DNA from: Eledone cirrhosa
Taxonomy: Eukaryota
Length of the DNA: 64,000 nt
Assembly: GCA_964016885.1 (NCBI GenBank)
Contig: OZ024764.1
Coordinates: 16,430,001-16,494,000 of the forward strand
Reading direction: 5' to 3'
In this document: positions 52,773-64,000 of the stretch, one piece after another
Numbering within the stretch: position 1 is the stretch's first letter
Layout: the number at the start of each line of letters is the position of its first letter
Notes under the pieces: generated by a model
Seen by the model: the letters and a program-made list of their open reading frames with translations, nothing else
Databases searched by the model: none
Told to the model about the DNA's origin: nothing
Position numbers and translations under genes: made by a program

Positions 52773-52865
52773 TAGCCGTCGAAACGGCTGGAGCTCAGCC
52801 GTCGGGGTTTTACTTGTTCCTATATATATATAGAGAGAGAGAGAGGTAGAACACTGGAAGGTAAT

Positions 52866-52934
<69 letters not shown>

Positions 52935-53149
52935 TAAACATTGTATATGATGTGTTGGCAAAATATATGTTGTAGTATGTAGGCATTCAGTTCTGTTCCT
53001 TTACACCAAGGTAAACTTAGCCATTCGACAAGTAGAAATCGATAAAATAAGTACTATGGTCAACAGGATTGACTACCAAATAAATAAATAAATAAATCTT
53101 TTAGTGAGGTGCTGCAGCATGGCAGTGGACCAGAATATGGACCTCAGTA

Positions 53150-53490
53150 AATACCGTTGTGGGGTGGTCATTAACAAGTTTGGCCTGCACCCACTGTCTC
53201 GCTGCCAGACCGCAGGCCGGTTACCCCAACATTCCGCTCTCAACGGAGACGGGGCTGCCTGGACACAGCTGGCTTCCAGTCGCAACTGGAGCCAACAGGC
53301 TTTGACTGTGGAGATGGTAAGTCCTCTTCCCGTTTGAAGGGGGTAGATCCCTCATCCGGGGTGACACGCTGCCTGTCTCCATCTTAGTCGCTTCGGCTAC
53401 CGACCCCAGTACCGCAACCTGCCATGTAGAGGAAAGGAAGATAAATACCGGGATTTGTTCGGTCGCTTCCTCTTCTTTGCACTGTCTCAA
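53150..53490 (+). pseudogene. Frameshifted CRE-like non-LTR retrotransposon fragment (zinc-binding motif and REL endonuclease region)
   Basis: CGVVINKFGLHPLS..AGRLPQHSALN / LDTAGFQSQLEPTGFDCGDGK / LFPFEGGRSLI / EERK match the CRE C-terminal pattern; the RPD segment appears deleted. Confidence 0.7.
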
Positions 53491-53532
53491 TCTAAGTATT
53501 TTTTTTATTTTTCTATTAAATTGTATTTACAT

Positions 53533-54116
53533 CGGGCATTTAAAGCATGCAGCCCCTTACAAACACACCTGCGGCCCTTTACAAACACACCTGCGGCCCT
53601 TTACAAACACACCTGCGGCCCTTTACAGGCACACCTGCAGCCCTTTACAAACACACCTGCGGCCCTTTACAAACACACCTGCGGCCCTTTACAGGCACAG
53701 CTGCAGCCCTTTACAGGCACACCTGCAGCCCTTTACAGGCACACCTGCAGCTCTTTACAGGCACACCTGCAGCCCTTTACAAACACACCTGCAGCCTTTT
53801 ACAGGCACACCTGCAGCCCTTTACAAACACACCTGCGGCCCTTTACAAACACACCTGCGGCCCTTTACAAACACACCTGCAGCCCTTTACAAGAACACTT
53901 GCGGCTAGCACAAAGGTTTTTACAGCGCAAGTATGTTTTATCTTTGTAATATAAAATTTAAAAAATTAGTTGTAATGTCCGCAATTAGTTGTCATGTGTG
54001 GTCCTCAGACAACACATGTGGCCCTCAGACAACACATTAGTTGTCATGTGTGGTCCTCAGACAACACATTTGTGACACATGTGGTCTTCGGGGGGACCCT
54101 CAGTTTGACATGCCCG
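53533..54116. mobile_element. hAT-type MITE containing a 22-bp array (about 53547-53892)
   Basis: Termini CGGGCAT / ATGCCCG; TSD ATTTACAT / ACTTACAT; unit ACACCTGCGGCCCTTTACAAAC. Confidence 0.75.
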
Positions 54117-54884
54117 ACTTACATGATATAACTTTAACATAGAATACAATATCGTCTATAGAGTTACTGTTGTATCTTGTACATAGGAATTTGGAAGGGG
54201 AATTTTTTCCTAGAATTGATATATTTTGTGTATGTGTTAATATCTATGATGGCAATAGTCTGTTGCACTGTTTGTCTAACCTATATCCTGTTGTATTAAG
54301 TGGCTGCTGTTGTTGTTGTTGGTGGTGGTGTGGTGGCGTGGTGGTGTTTGTTGTTGTTGTTTTGTGTTTGTTTTATCTCTTTTAATTCGTTGTAATTATA
54401 ATAATTTTGACTAACATTAATTAACCAATTCTAATCAGCTGCAATTATTGAAATTAAGTTGAATTTTTCTTGTTACTACTACTACTACTACTACTACTAC
54501 TGTTGTTGTTATTAGAGTGGTGGGTTGGCAGGATTGGTAGAGCATCAGCCAAGTGCTTTGTGGTATTTGTTCTGAGTTCAAATCCTGCGGAAGTCAACTT
54601 TGCTGTTCATCTTTCCAGGATCAATCAAATAAAGTACCAGTAAAATACTGGGGTTAATTTAATTTAAACTTGCTCCCCCCCCCCACACACACATTACTGG
54701 CCTTGTGCCTAAATTAAAAACTGTTATTAATAAGGTGGAGGGTGGTGGATTGGCAGATTCGGTGGAGCGTCAGACAGCTGCTGTGTGGTATTTTCAGGTT
54801 GGTGAAAATCTGTAATATATTGACCTTAAATATACTGACATTAAGGTATTCTCAAAATAAATAACATCAAAATCAAAAAGATAA

Positions 54885-55650
54885 ACCCTTTACTGTGACA
54901 ATACAATAGTATATATAGAGTAATGTAAATGTTATGTGAGATATTATGTGAGGTAAAGCCTTTACTGTGACAATACAATAGTATATATAGAGTAATGTAA
55001 ATGTTATGTGAGATATTATGTGAGGTAAAGCCTTTACTGTGAAAATACAATAGTATATATAGAGTAATGTAAATGTTATGTGAGATATTATGTGAGGTAA
55101 AGCCTTTACTGTGAAAATACAATAGTATATATAGAGTAATGTAAATGTTATGTGAGATATTATGTGAGGTAAAGCCTTTACTGTGACAATACAATAGTAT
55201 ATATAGAGTAATGTAAATGTTATGTGAGATATTATGTGAGGTAAAGCCTTTACTGTGAAAATACAATAGTATATATAGAGTAATGTAAATGTTATGTGAG
55301 ATATTATGTGAGGTAAAGCCTTTACTGTGACAATACAATAGTATATATAGAGTAATGTAAATGTTATGTGAGATATTATGTGAGGTAAAGCCTTTACTGT
55401 GAAAATACAATAGTATATATAGAGTAATGTAAATGTTATGTGAGATATTATGTGAGGTAAAGCCTTTACTGTGACAATACAATAGTATATATAGAGTAAT
55501 GTAAATGTTATGTGAGATATTATGTGAGGTAAAGCCTTTACTGTGAAAATACAATAGTATATATAGAGTAATGTAAATGTTATGTGAGATATTATGTGAG
55601 GTAAAGCCTTTACTGTGACAATACAATAGTATATATAGAGTAATGTAAAT
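54885..55650. repeat. 72-bp array, about 10.5 copies, from the subterminal part of the piggyBac-like MITE
   Basis: The array ends in GTAAATGCTAAAGGGTTAA (MITE terminus); the same segment is only partly duplicated at 11455-11560. Confidence 0.95.
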
Positions 55651-56074
55651 GCTAAAGGGTTAAACCAGCCATATCTGGCCAGAATTCCCTCACCTCTTTC
55701 TGTTCAAACCAGCTGTGACTGGCCACTCATACTGATGTTAAGGTACTGTTCTCAAAATAAATATCAAAATCTCATAAATTAGATATTTAATGGATAATTG
55801 TTTCATTGAACCAGAGGCAGGTTGGTATGGAAAGGGTTGGGGGTAGATGCATTTGCAGGAAGCTCAGCCACGCCATCATCATCATCACCACTGTTTATCA
55901 TCTATTTTCCATGCTCTCAAGAGTTAGACGAGCTGGCATGTATTGAGGCTACTTTGGTCATGTCACTATCTTGCTCGTTCTGCTATATTTTGGACTTGGT
56001 TTCTACTGCTGAATGCCTTTCCTCATACCAACCACTTTACAGCATGTTTTGGGAGCATTTTATTGTCTCCAGCC

Positions 56075-56622
56075 CCACCACCTTACAGAGTGGACTGGGT
56101 GTATTGTATCATGACATCAGCACTACCACCTTACAGGGTGGACTGGGTGTATTATGTCATGACATCAGCACTACCACCTTACAGGGTGGACTGGGTGTAT
56201 TATGTCATGACATCAGCACTACCACCTTACAGGGTGGACTGGGTGTATTATGTCATGACATCAGCACTACCACCTTACAGGGTGGAGTGGGTGTATTATG
56301 TCATGACACCAACACTACCATCTTACAGGGTGGACTGGGTGTATTATGTCATGACATCAGCACTACCACCTTACAGGGTGGAGTGGGTGTATTATGTCAT
56401 GACACCAACACTACCATCTTACAGGGTGGACTGGGTGTATTATGTCATGACACCAGCACTACCATCTTACAGGGTGGACTGGGTGTATTATGTCATGACA
56501 TCAGCACTACCATCTTACAGGGTGGACTGGGTGTATTATGTCATGACATCAGCACTACCACCTTACAGGGTGGACTGGGTGTATTATGTCATGACACCAA
56601 CACTACCATCTTACAGGGTGGA
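56075..56622. repeat. 48-bp minisatellite, about 11 copies (seed family)
   Basis: Unit CATCAGCACTACCACCTTACAGGGTGGACTGGGTGTATTATGTCATGA. Confidence 0.95.
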
Positions 56623-57632
56623 CCGTACATTTTATTTTACTGGTATTTTAGTTGATTCCAAAAGGATGAAAGGTTAAGTTGGCCTCACTGGGATTTGAAC
56701 TCAATATAAAGACCCTGAGCAGATTATGCGAAAGCCTTTTGTTCAATGTTCTTACTATTCTGACAGTCCTCAATTAAGTTAGCCCTAGTGCATTACTGGT
56801 ACTTTATTTTACCGACCCCATGAAGATGAAAGTCAAAGCTAACCTCAGCAAGATTTGAACTAAGAATGTAAAGATATATAACCATTTGTCGCAAATCATG
56901 TTGCCCAACGCTCTACCGATTTTTGCCAATCTACAACCCTTGAAATAGTAATAATAAGGATTTCTTCTATAGGCTTAAGGCCAACAATATTGGGGAGAGA
57001 GAAATGTTGGTTAAATCGGCTCCAGTGTGTAACTGGTACTTTATTATATCAACCCCGTAAGGATGAAAGACAAAGCTAACCTCGGCTGAATTTGAACTCA
57101 GACCGTAAAGGGCCGTAACTCTGTGCCACAAAACATGTTGCCCAACGCCCTACTGATTTTGCCAATCCACAACCTGTCTTTGATTTATTATTGTTTATAG
57201 TTGTTTTTTTTTTTTTTTTTGTTTATCATCATCATCATCATCATCATTTTATGAGTGCTTTCTATACTTGTATGTGTTGAATAATCCCCTCCTCGATACT
57301 TGGGGGACCTGCTCTTGCTTATGTTTGATTTTTTTTGGGGGGGGGGAGGGGGTCACATTTTCTAGAAATTGATGCCTTTCCTAACATAGAAAAATTTACA
57401 GAGTGCACAGGGTGCATTTTATGGTGGTCCCAGCTCTAGAGAGGTAATGTTCTTGACACGACAAATGGGTCCTCTTAGCCATATGTTATTTTTGGCATGG
57501 TTTTTAAAGTTTGATACCTTTCCTAGCACCAACACATTTACAGAGCGCACTGGGTGCATTTTATGGTGGGGGCCCATCTCTAGACAGGTTGTTATATTCT
57601 TGACACAAGCGATGTTGCCTTGTTCTCTGCAG

Positions 57633-57707
57633 CGTTAAAGAGTCCTCTCTGCTCACTGTAATCCCTTATTCCTTCAAGACAAACGTGACCAAGACTAAAA
57701 ATAGGAG
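57633..57707 (+). CDS. Candidate 75-nt internal coding exon of an unknown gene (VKESSLLTVIPYSFKTNVTKTKNR)
   Basis: Acceptor TTGCCTTGTTCTCTGCAG, donor GAG|GTGGGT, one open frame, phase 2-2; no homology recognised. Confidence 0.3.
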
Positions 57708-57910
57708 GTGGGTAATAACTAAAGGGGCACAGGATAGATAATTATCCATGTGAAAGAGGAAATAGTATTTTGCAGACCCTGCAATGATTTAGAAGGAAGT
57801 AACCCAAAACATGCTTGTTGAGTCAAATGTTTATAGTATCTTTACAAGTAGACAGATCGTTGTGAAACAATTTTCAATGTGAAGAAGTCATTCTTGGTAA
57901 ATGTTACATA

Positions 57911-58670
57911 TATCTTAACACCCTGTAATGATTTAGCAGGAAATATCTAAATATATGTTTGTTAATTCAAATGTTTATAGTGTATTTACTAGTGGACAGA
58001 TTGTGGACATTTGCAGTATTATATCTTAACACCCTGTAATGATTTAGCAGGAAATATCTAAACCCAGGTTTGTTAATTCAAATGTTTATAGTGTCTTTAC
58101 TAGTGGACAGATTGTGGACATTTGCAGTATTATATCTTAACACCCTGTAATGATTTAGCAGGAAATATCTAAACCCAGGTTTGTTAATTCAAATGTTTAT
58201 AGTGTCTTTACTAGTGGACAGATTGTGGACATTTGCAGTATTATATCTTAACACCCTGTAATGATTTAGCAGGAAATATTTAAACCCAGGTTTGTTAATT
58301 CAAATGTTTATAGTGTCTTTACTAGTGGACAGATTGTGGACATTTGCAGTATTATATCTTAACACCCTGTAATGATTTAGCAGGAAATATCTAAACCCAA
58401 GTTTGTTAATTCAAATGTTTATAGTGTCTTTACTAGTGGACAGATTGTGGACATTTGCAGTATTATATCTTAATACCCTGTAATGATTTAACAGGAAATA
58501 TCTAAACCCAGGTTTGTTAATTCAAATGTTTATAGTGTCTTTACTAGTGGACAGATTGTGGACATTTGCAGTATTATATCTTAATACCCTGTAATGATTT
58601 AACAGGAAATATCTAAACCCAGATTTGTTAATTCAAATGTTTATAGTGTATTTACTAGTGGACAGATTGT
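57911..58670. repeat. ~111-bp tandem array, about 7 copies, with diverged relatives at 57775, 58855, 62470-62735 and 63450-63740
   Basis: TTAACACCCTGTAATGATTTAGCAGGAAATATCTAAA..TTCAAATGTTTATAGTG..GTGGACAGATTG. Confidence 0.9.
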
Positions 58671-59049
58671 TGTGAAAATTTACAAGTATGAGAGTAAAGA
58701 CTTTAATATTTAATGAGAGAGAGTGATCTGCTTGGTCAGTGGTGCTGATCAAATTGCTGGAGGTATGAAAAATTGCAGTTAACTAATGCAAATACTTTAA
58801 TATTTAAATGTTATGTGGTAGAGGACATTAAGTGTTAAATATGTTGATTCAATATTAACATCCTCCTATGATTTAGCAAAAAATATCTAAAAACAGGTTT
58901 GTTAGTATTGTTTTGTACTTTACAAGACTGTTTTGCTAATGCTGTTTCATGGAGGCTAGGCTGGTCAGTTGACCATGTCTTGTAAATTTTAGCTTGCTTT
59001 CTATGGCTAGATGACCGTCTTTACAACATGTACTGGTAGCATTTTATTG

Positions 59050-60470
59050 ACTCTAGCCAACACTACCACCTTTCAGAGTGGACTGGATGCTATTCAGCAT
59101 GGCACCAGCACTGGTACCTTTTTGCTGTGGTACCAGCACTACCACCTTACAGGATGAACAGGCTGTATTTTGTGATAACACCAGCACTACCACCATACAA
59201 GGTTGACTAGCTGCTTTTTATAATGGCACCAGCACTATTATTTTACAGAGTAGACTGGGTGTTTTTTTTTTATAGTAACACACCAACACTACCATTTTAC
59301 AGAGTGGACTGGGTGTTTTTTTTACCATTTTACAGGATGGACTGGGTGTTTTTTAACCATTTTACAGAGTGGACTGGGTGTTTCTTATCATGGCACCAGT
59401 ACTACCATTTTACAGGGTGGACTTGATGGTTTTTTTTTATCATTGTACCAGCACTATCACTTTACAGGGTGGACTGGGTGTATTTTGTTGTGGCACCAGC
59501 ACTACCACTTTACAGGGTGGACTGGCTAGTATTCATCATGGCACCAGCACTACCACTTTACAGGGTGGACTGGTTAGTATTCATCATGGCACCAGCACTA
59601 CCACTTTACAGGGTGGACTGGTTAGTATTCATCATGGCACCAGCACTACCACTTTACAGGGTGGACTGGCTAGTATTCATCATGGCACCAGCACTACCAC
59701 TTTACAGGGTGGACTGGTTAGTATTCATCATGGCACCAGCACTACCACTTTACAGGGTGGACTGGTTAGTATTCATCATGGCACCAGCACTACCACTTTA
59801 CAGGGTGGACTGGCTAGTATTCATCATGGCACCAGCACTACCACTTTACAGGGTGGACTGGTTAGTATTCATCATGGCACCAGCACTACCACTTTACAGG
59901 GTGGACTGGCTAGTATTCATCATGGCACCAGCACTACCACTTTACAGGGTGGACTGGTTAGTATTCATCATGGCACCAGCACTACCACTTTACAGGGTGG
60001 ACTGGCTAGTATTCATCATGGCACCAGCACTACCACTTTACAGGGTGGACTGGCTAGTATTCATCATGGCACCAGCACTACCACTTTACAGGGTGGACTG
60101 GTTAGTATTCATCATGGCACCAGCACTACCACTTTACAGGGTGGACTGGCTAGTATTCATCATGGCACCAGCACTACCACTTTACAGGGTGGACTGGTTA
60201 GTATTCATCATGGCACCAGCACTACCACTTTACAGGGTGGACTGGCTAGTATTCATCATGGCACCAGCACTACCACTTTACAGGGTGGACTGGTTAGTAT
60301 TCATCATGGCACCAGCACTACCACTTTACAGGGTGGACTGGTTAGTATTCATCATGGCACCAGCACTACCACTTTACAGGGTGGACTGGTTAGTATTCAT
60401 CATGGCACCAGCACTACCACTTTACAGGGTGGACTGGTTAGTATTCATCGTGGCACCAGCACTACCACTT
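59050..60470. repeat. 48-bp minisatellite: degenerate units 59050-59490, about 20 homogeneous units 59493-60470 (seed family)
   Basis: Unit ACTACCACTTTACAGGGTGGACTGGTTAGTATTCATCATGGCACCAGC. Confidence 0.95.
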
Positions 60471-60614
60471 TCCTCTAAAGCAGTCATCCGTGTCACCCTG
60501 TCTCAATATTATTTTTTATATTTATAGTATCTTCTGTCGATGACTTATTTCGGATGATGTGTAAGTGTTCTTCACGTAGACAGGCAAACAAAAAGACCCA
60601 AAATATCACGCCTC

Positions 60615-60972
60615 GCCACTCCAGTCGCACCACTCAAGCTGTCACTCCATTCCCACCACTGAAGCTGCCACTCCATTCCCACCACTCAAGCTGCCACTCC
60701 ATTCCCACCACCGAAGCTGCCACTCCAGTCCCACCACTGAAGCTGTCACTTCAGTCCCACCACTGAAGCTGCCACTCCAGTCCCACCACTCAAGCTGCCA
60801 CTCCAGTCCCACCACTCAAGCTGCCACTCCAGTCCCACCACTCAAGCTGCCACTCCAGTCCCACCACTCAAGCTGCCACTTCAGTCCCACCACTCAAGCT
60901 GCCACTCCAGTCCCACCACTCAAGCTGCCACTCCAGTCCCACCACTCAAGCTGTCACTCCAGTCCCACCACT
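60615..60972. repeat. 26-bp minisatellite
   Basis: Unit GCTGCCACTCCAGTCCCACCACTCAA. Confidence 0.9.
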
Positions 60973-61154
60973 CCTGTTTTATGCTTTTAGTATTTCTCTT
61001 AATCTTTTTGATAATTTTCCAGTAAGGTTTCCTTCCATGTTGTTTCCACCCCAAATTCCATTATAGTATTGGGTTGTACCCCCTATTCTCTATATTGGCT
61101 GCCACAAGCCCCTATTGATTATGTTTACACCCTATTATATTTGCTGTTACTATC

Positions 61155-62025
61155 CAAACTCGCTATCTTCAATTCAGTATCTGTACTAACCCTTAACTAT
61201 GGTCATGAATCTTGAACAATGTCCGAAAGAAAAAAATAGTGAGTACAAGCAACCGAAATGGGGTTCCTCCGCAGGGTCTTTGGAGTAAGGTTACTTGATA
61301 GAGTGCATACCGCGGAAATCAGAGAGTTACTCCAGGTAGAGACACTACTTCTTCGAATTGAAAAATTACAGTTCCGATACTACAGATATGTGGTTAGAAT
61401 GTCTGAGGAAAGAATCTCTGGATTGAGAGATCACAGCTCTGATACTACAGACATGTGGTTAGAATGTCTCAGGAAAGAATCTCTGAATTGAGAGATCACA
61501 GCTCTGATACTACAGACATGTGGTTAGAATGTCTCAGGAAAGAATCTCTGAATTGAGAGATCACAGCTCTGATACTACAGACATGTGGTTAGAATGTCTC
61601 AGGAAAGAATCTCTGAATTGAGAGATCACAGCTCTGATACTACAGACATGTGGTTAGAATGTCTCAGGAAAGAATCTCTGAACTGGAGATCACAGCTCTG
61701 ATACTACAGACATGTGGTTAGAATGTCTGAGGTAAGAATCTCTGAATTGAGAGATCACAGCTTTGATACTACAGACATGTGGTTAGAATGTCCGAGGAAA
61801 GAATCTCTGGATTGAGAGATCACAGCTCTGATACTACAGACATGTGGTTAGAATGTCTGAGGTAAGAATCTCTGAATTGAGAGATCACAGCTCTGATACT
61901 ACAGACATGTGGTTAGAATGTCTCAGGTAAGAATCTCTGAATTGAGAGATCACAGCTCTGATACTACAGACATGTGGTTAGAATGTCTCAGGAAAGAATC
62001 TCTGAATTGAGAGATCACAGCTCTG
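61155..62025 (+). mobile_element. Degenerate RTE-like LINE fragment ending in a 65-bp array (about 10 copies)
   Basis: EMGFLRRVFGVRLLDRVHTAEIRELLQVE..RIEKLQFRYYRYVVRM; the array unit is the reverse complement of 9411-10120. Confidence 0.85.
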
Positions 62026-62337
62026 GCATCAGTGATGCTGAGTCGTGTTAGAAAGCTGCTCACAGATCTGGAATCAGTGATGCTGAGTCGTGTTAGAAAG
62101 CTGCTCACAGATCTGGAATCAGTGATGTTGAGTTGTTAGAAAGCTGCTCACAGATCTGGAATCAGTGATGCTGAGTCGTGTTAGAAAGCTGCTCACAGAT
62201 CTGGAATCAGTGATGCTGAGTTGTTAGAAAGCTGCTCACAGATCTGGAATCAGTGATGCTGAGTCGTGTTAGAAAGCTGCTCACAGATCTGGAATCAGTG
62301 ATGTTGAACCCCTTTAGAAAGCTGCTCACAGATCTGT
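62026..62337. repeat. 43/45-bp tandem array abutting the 65-bp array
   Basis: Unit AGTGATGCTGAGTCGTGTTAGAAAGCTGCTCACAGATCTGGAATC. Confidence 0.9.
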
Positions 62338-62739
62338 AGAAAGTTAGAAAAAAAGTAATACACTACTTATGATTTTAAAACTATTTTGAAAATAATCAAG
62401 AATCTTGAGGGCTTTAGAATTATAACTAAGTTTCTCATTAAGTTGGTGTTTGGAACTAAAAATGGGTTTGTTCATTCAAATGTTTATAGTGTCTTTATTA
62501 GTGGACAGATATCTGTGAAAATTTGCAGTATTAAGAACTAATTTTTCAATGTGGTGAGTCATTCTTTCTAAATAGTACATAAGCAATGACTCAGCAGATA
62601 AGTAAGGATTTAGTAGTTGATGAGCAATGATTTAACCGATAATAAGTAATGATTTAGTAGATGATAACTAAAAACAAGTTAATTTAAATGTTTATAGTAT
62701 CTTTACTGGTGGACCGATTATGACAATTTGCAGTATTAA

Positions 62740-62946
62740 CCCTTTAGCATTTACATTACCCTATATTTACTATTACAGTTTTACGTTAAAGGCTTTATCT
62801 CACATAATATCGAATCTATAAGATTTTGATGTTATTTATTTTGAGGACAATACTGTAACATTAGTATGAGTGGCTGGTTACAGCCAGTTAGAACAGAAGA
62901 GGTGAAAGAATTCTGGCTGGATACAGCCAGTTTAAATGCTAAGGGG
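62740..62946 (-). mobile_element. Full-length ~207-bp piggyBac-like MITE (other copies near 43964, 45715-45886, 48226, 55660, 63245-63424)
   Basis: TTAA TSDs at 62736-62739 and 62947-62950; TIR CCCTTTAGCATTTA / TAAATGCTAAGGGG. Confidence 0.85.
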
Positions 62947-64000
62947 TTAAGGACTGATTTCATTCTTACTGTGCGAACCTTGGCAGCAAACCTATCCAGT
63001 GCATGTCAGAGACCCAGAAGTTGACATCAAGTAAGATGGTTGGATAACAGGCCTCCCCTGGGGGTAGTTGATTTATATAGGCACCCCTGGGGGTAGTTGA
63101 TTTATATAGGCACCCCTGGGGGTAGTTGCTTTATATAGGCACCCCTGGAATATGTAGGTGAAGGAGAGAAAAAATAATTTTTAATGTGATGCAGTTATTA
63201 TTTTTCTAAAGGTTACAGAAGCAATATTAATTAACTCTTAAACATCCACATTACTCTACATTTTCACGGTAAAGGCTTTACCTTACATAATTATCTCGCA
63301 TAATATCGAATCTACGAGATTTTAATATTTATTTATTTTTAGAACAATACCTTAACATCAGTATGAGTGGCCGGTTACAGCCGGTTTGAGCAGAAAGAGG
63401 TGAGGGAATTCTGGCCGGATATGGCTGGTTTAAATGCTAAAGGGTTATGTCTTAATTAACACACTGTAATGACTTAGTAGAAAGATATCTAAAAACAAGT
63501 TTAATTCAAATATTTAGTGTCTTTACTATTGAGTACATTGTTGTGAAAACTTGTATATTAGTATAAACATTTTAATTTTTAATGTGATGTATATGTAAAG
63601 TTGTTTACCAAGTCTTAACACCCTGTAATGATTTAGCAGAAAATATCTAAAACCAAGTTTGTTAATTCAAATGTTTATAGTATATTTACTAGTGGACAGA
63701 TTGTTGTGAACATTTGCAGTATCAAAGTCTTCAGTATTTAATGTGATGTAGTCATAGTGCTGTTTTGTTATTTTCAAGAATGTCTTGCTAATGTGGTTTG
63801 ATGTGGTACAGGATGTTACAACTTTATCTTGGATTTTCTAATTGACACAGTGTTGTGCATAACTGTTTATTTTTTTAAATAATCATATTGCCAACGAATG
63901 CACGCTATTCAGTTAAGTTCTGTTTATGTTTGACATAGTGTTGTGCTATAAGTTTCTCTTTGTCGAAAGATAAGTATACTTGTCTTCTAATAAACAGCCA

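Overview
Eukaryotic (animal) DNA, almost entirely repetitive and probably intronic or intergenic. The tRNA-derived SINEs, RTE LINEs with (GAT)n tails and very dense (TA)n/(TG)n tracts suggest an octopod cephalopod, but that assignment is an inference. No host gene can be identified with confidence; there are only a few weak exon candidates. Nearly all long ORFs in the track are artefacts of micro- and minisatellites. Real coding remnants are retroelement-derived: an uninterrupted 598-aa CR1-like RT ORF, several RTE fragments and a CRE-like fragment. The window also holds about 18 young minisatellite arrays, many seeded inside TEs, plus hAT and piggyBac-like MITEs with visible TSDs. The most interesting unannotated signal is a family of minimal type I hammerhead ribozymes next to (TA)n tracts. 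Three copies keep the full core (23977-24042 minus, 39133-39199 minus, 39345-39411 plus), show covarying helices and share a C.C mismatch in stem II. Several decayed or fold-back derivatives also occur, consistent with Penelope-like or retrozyme-like elements.
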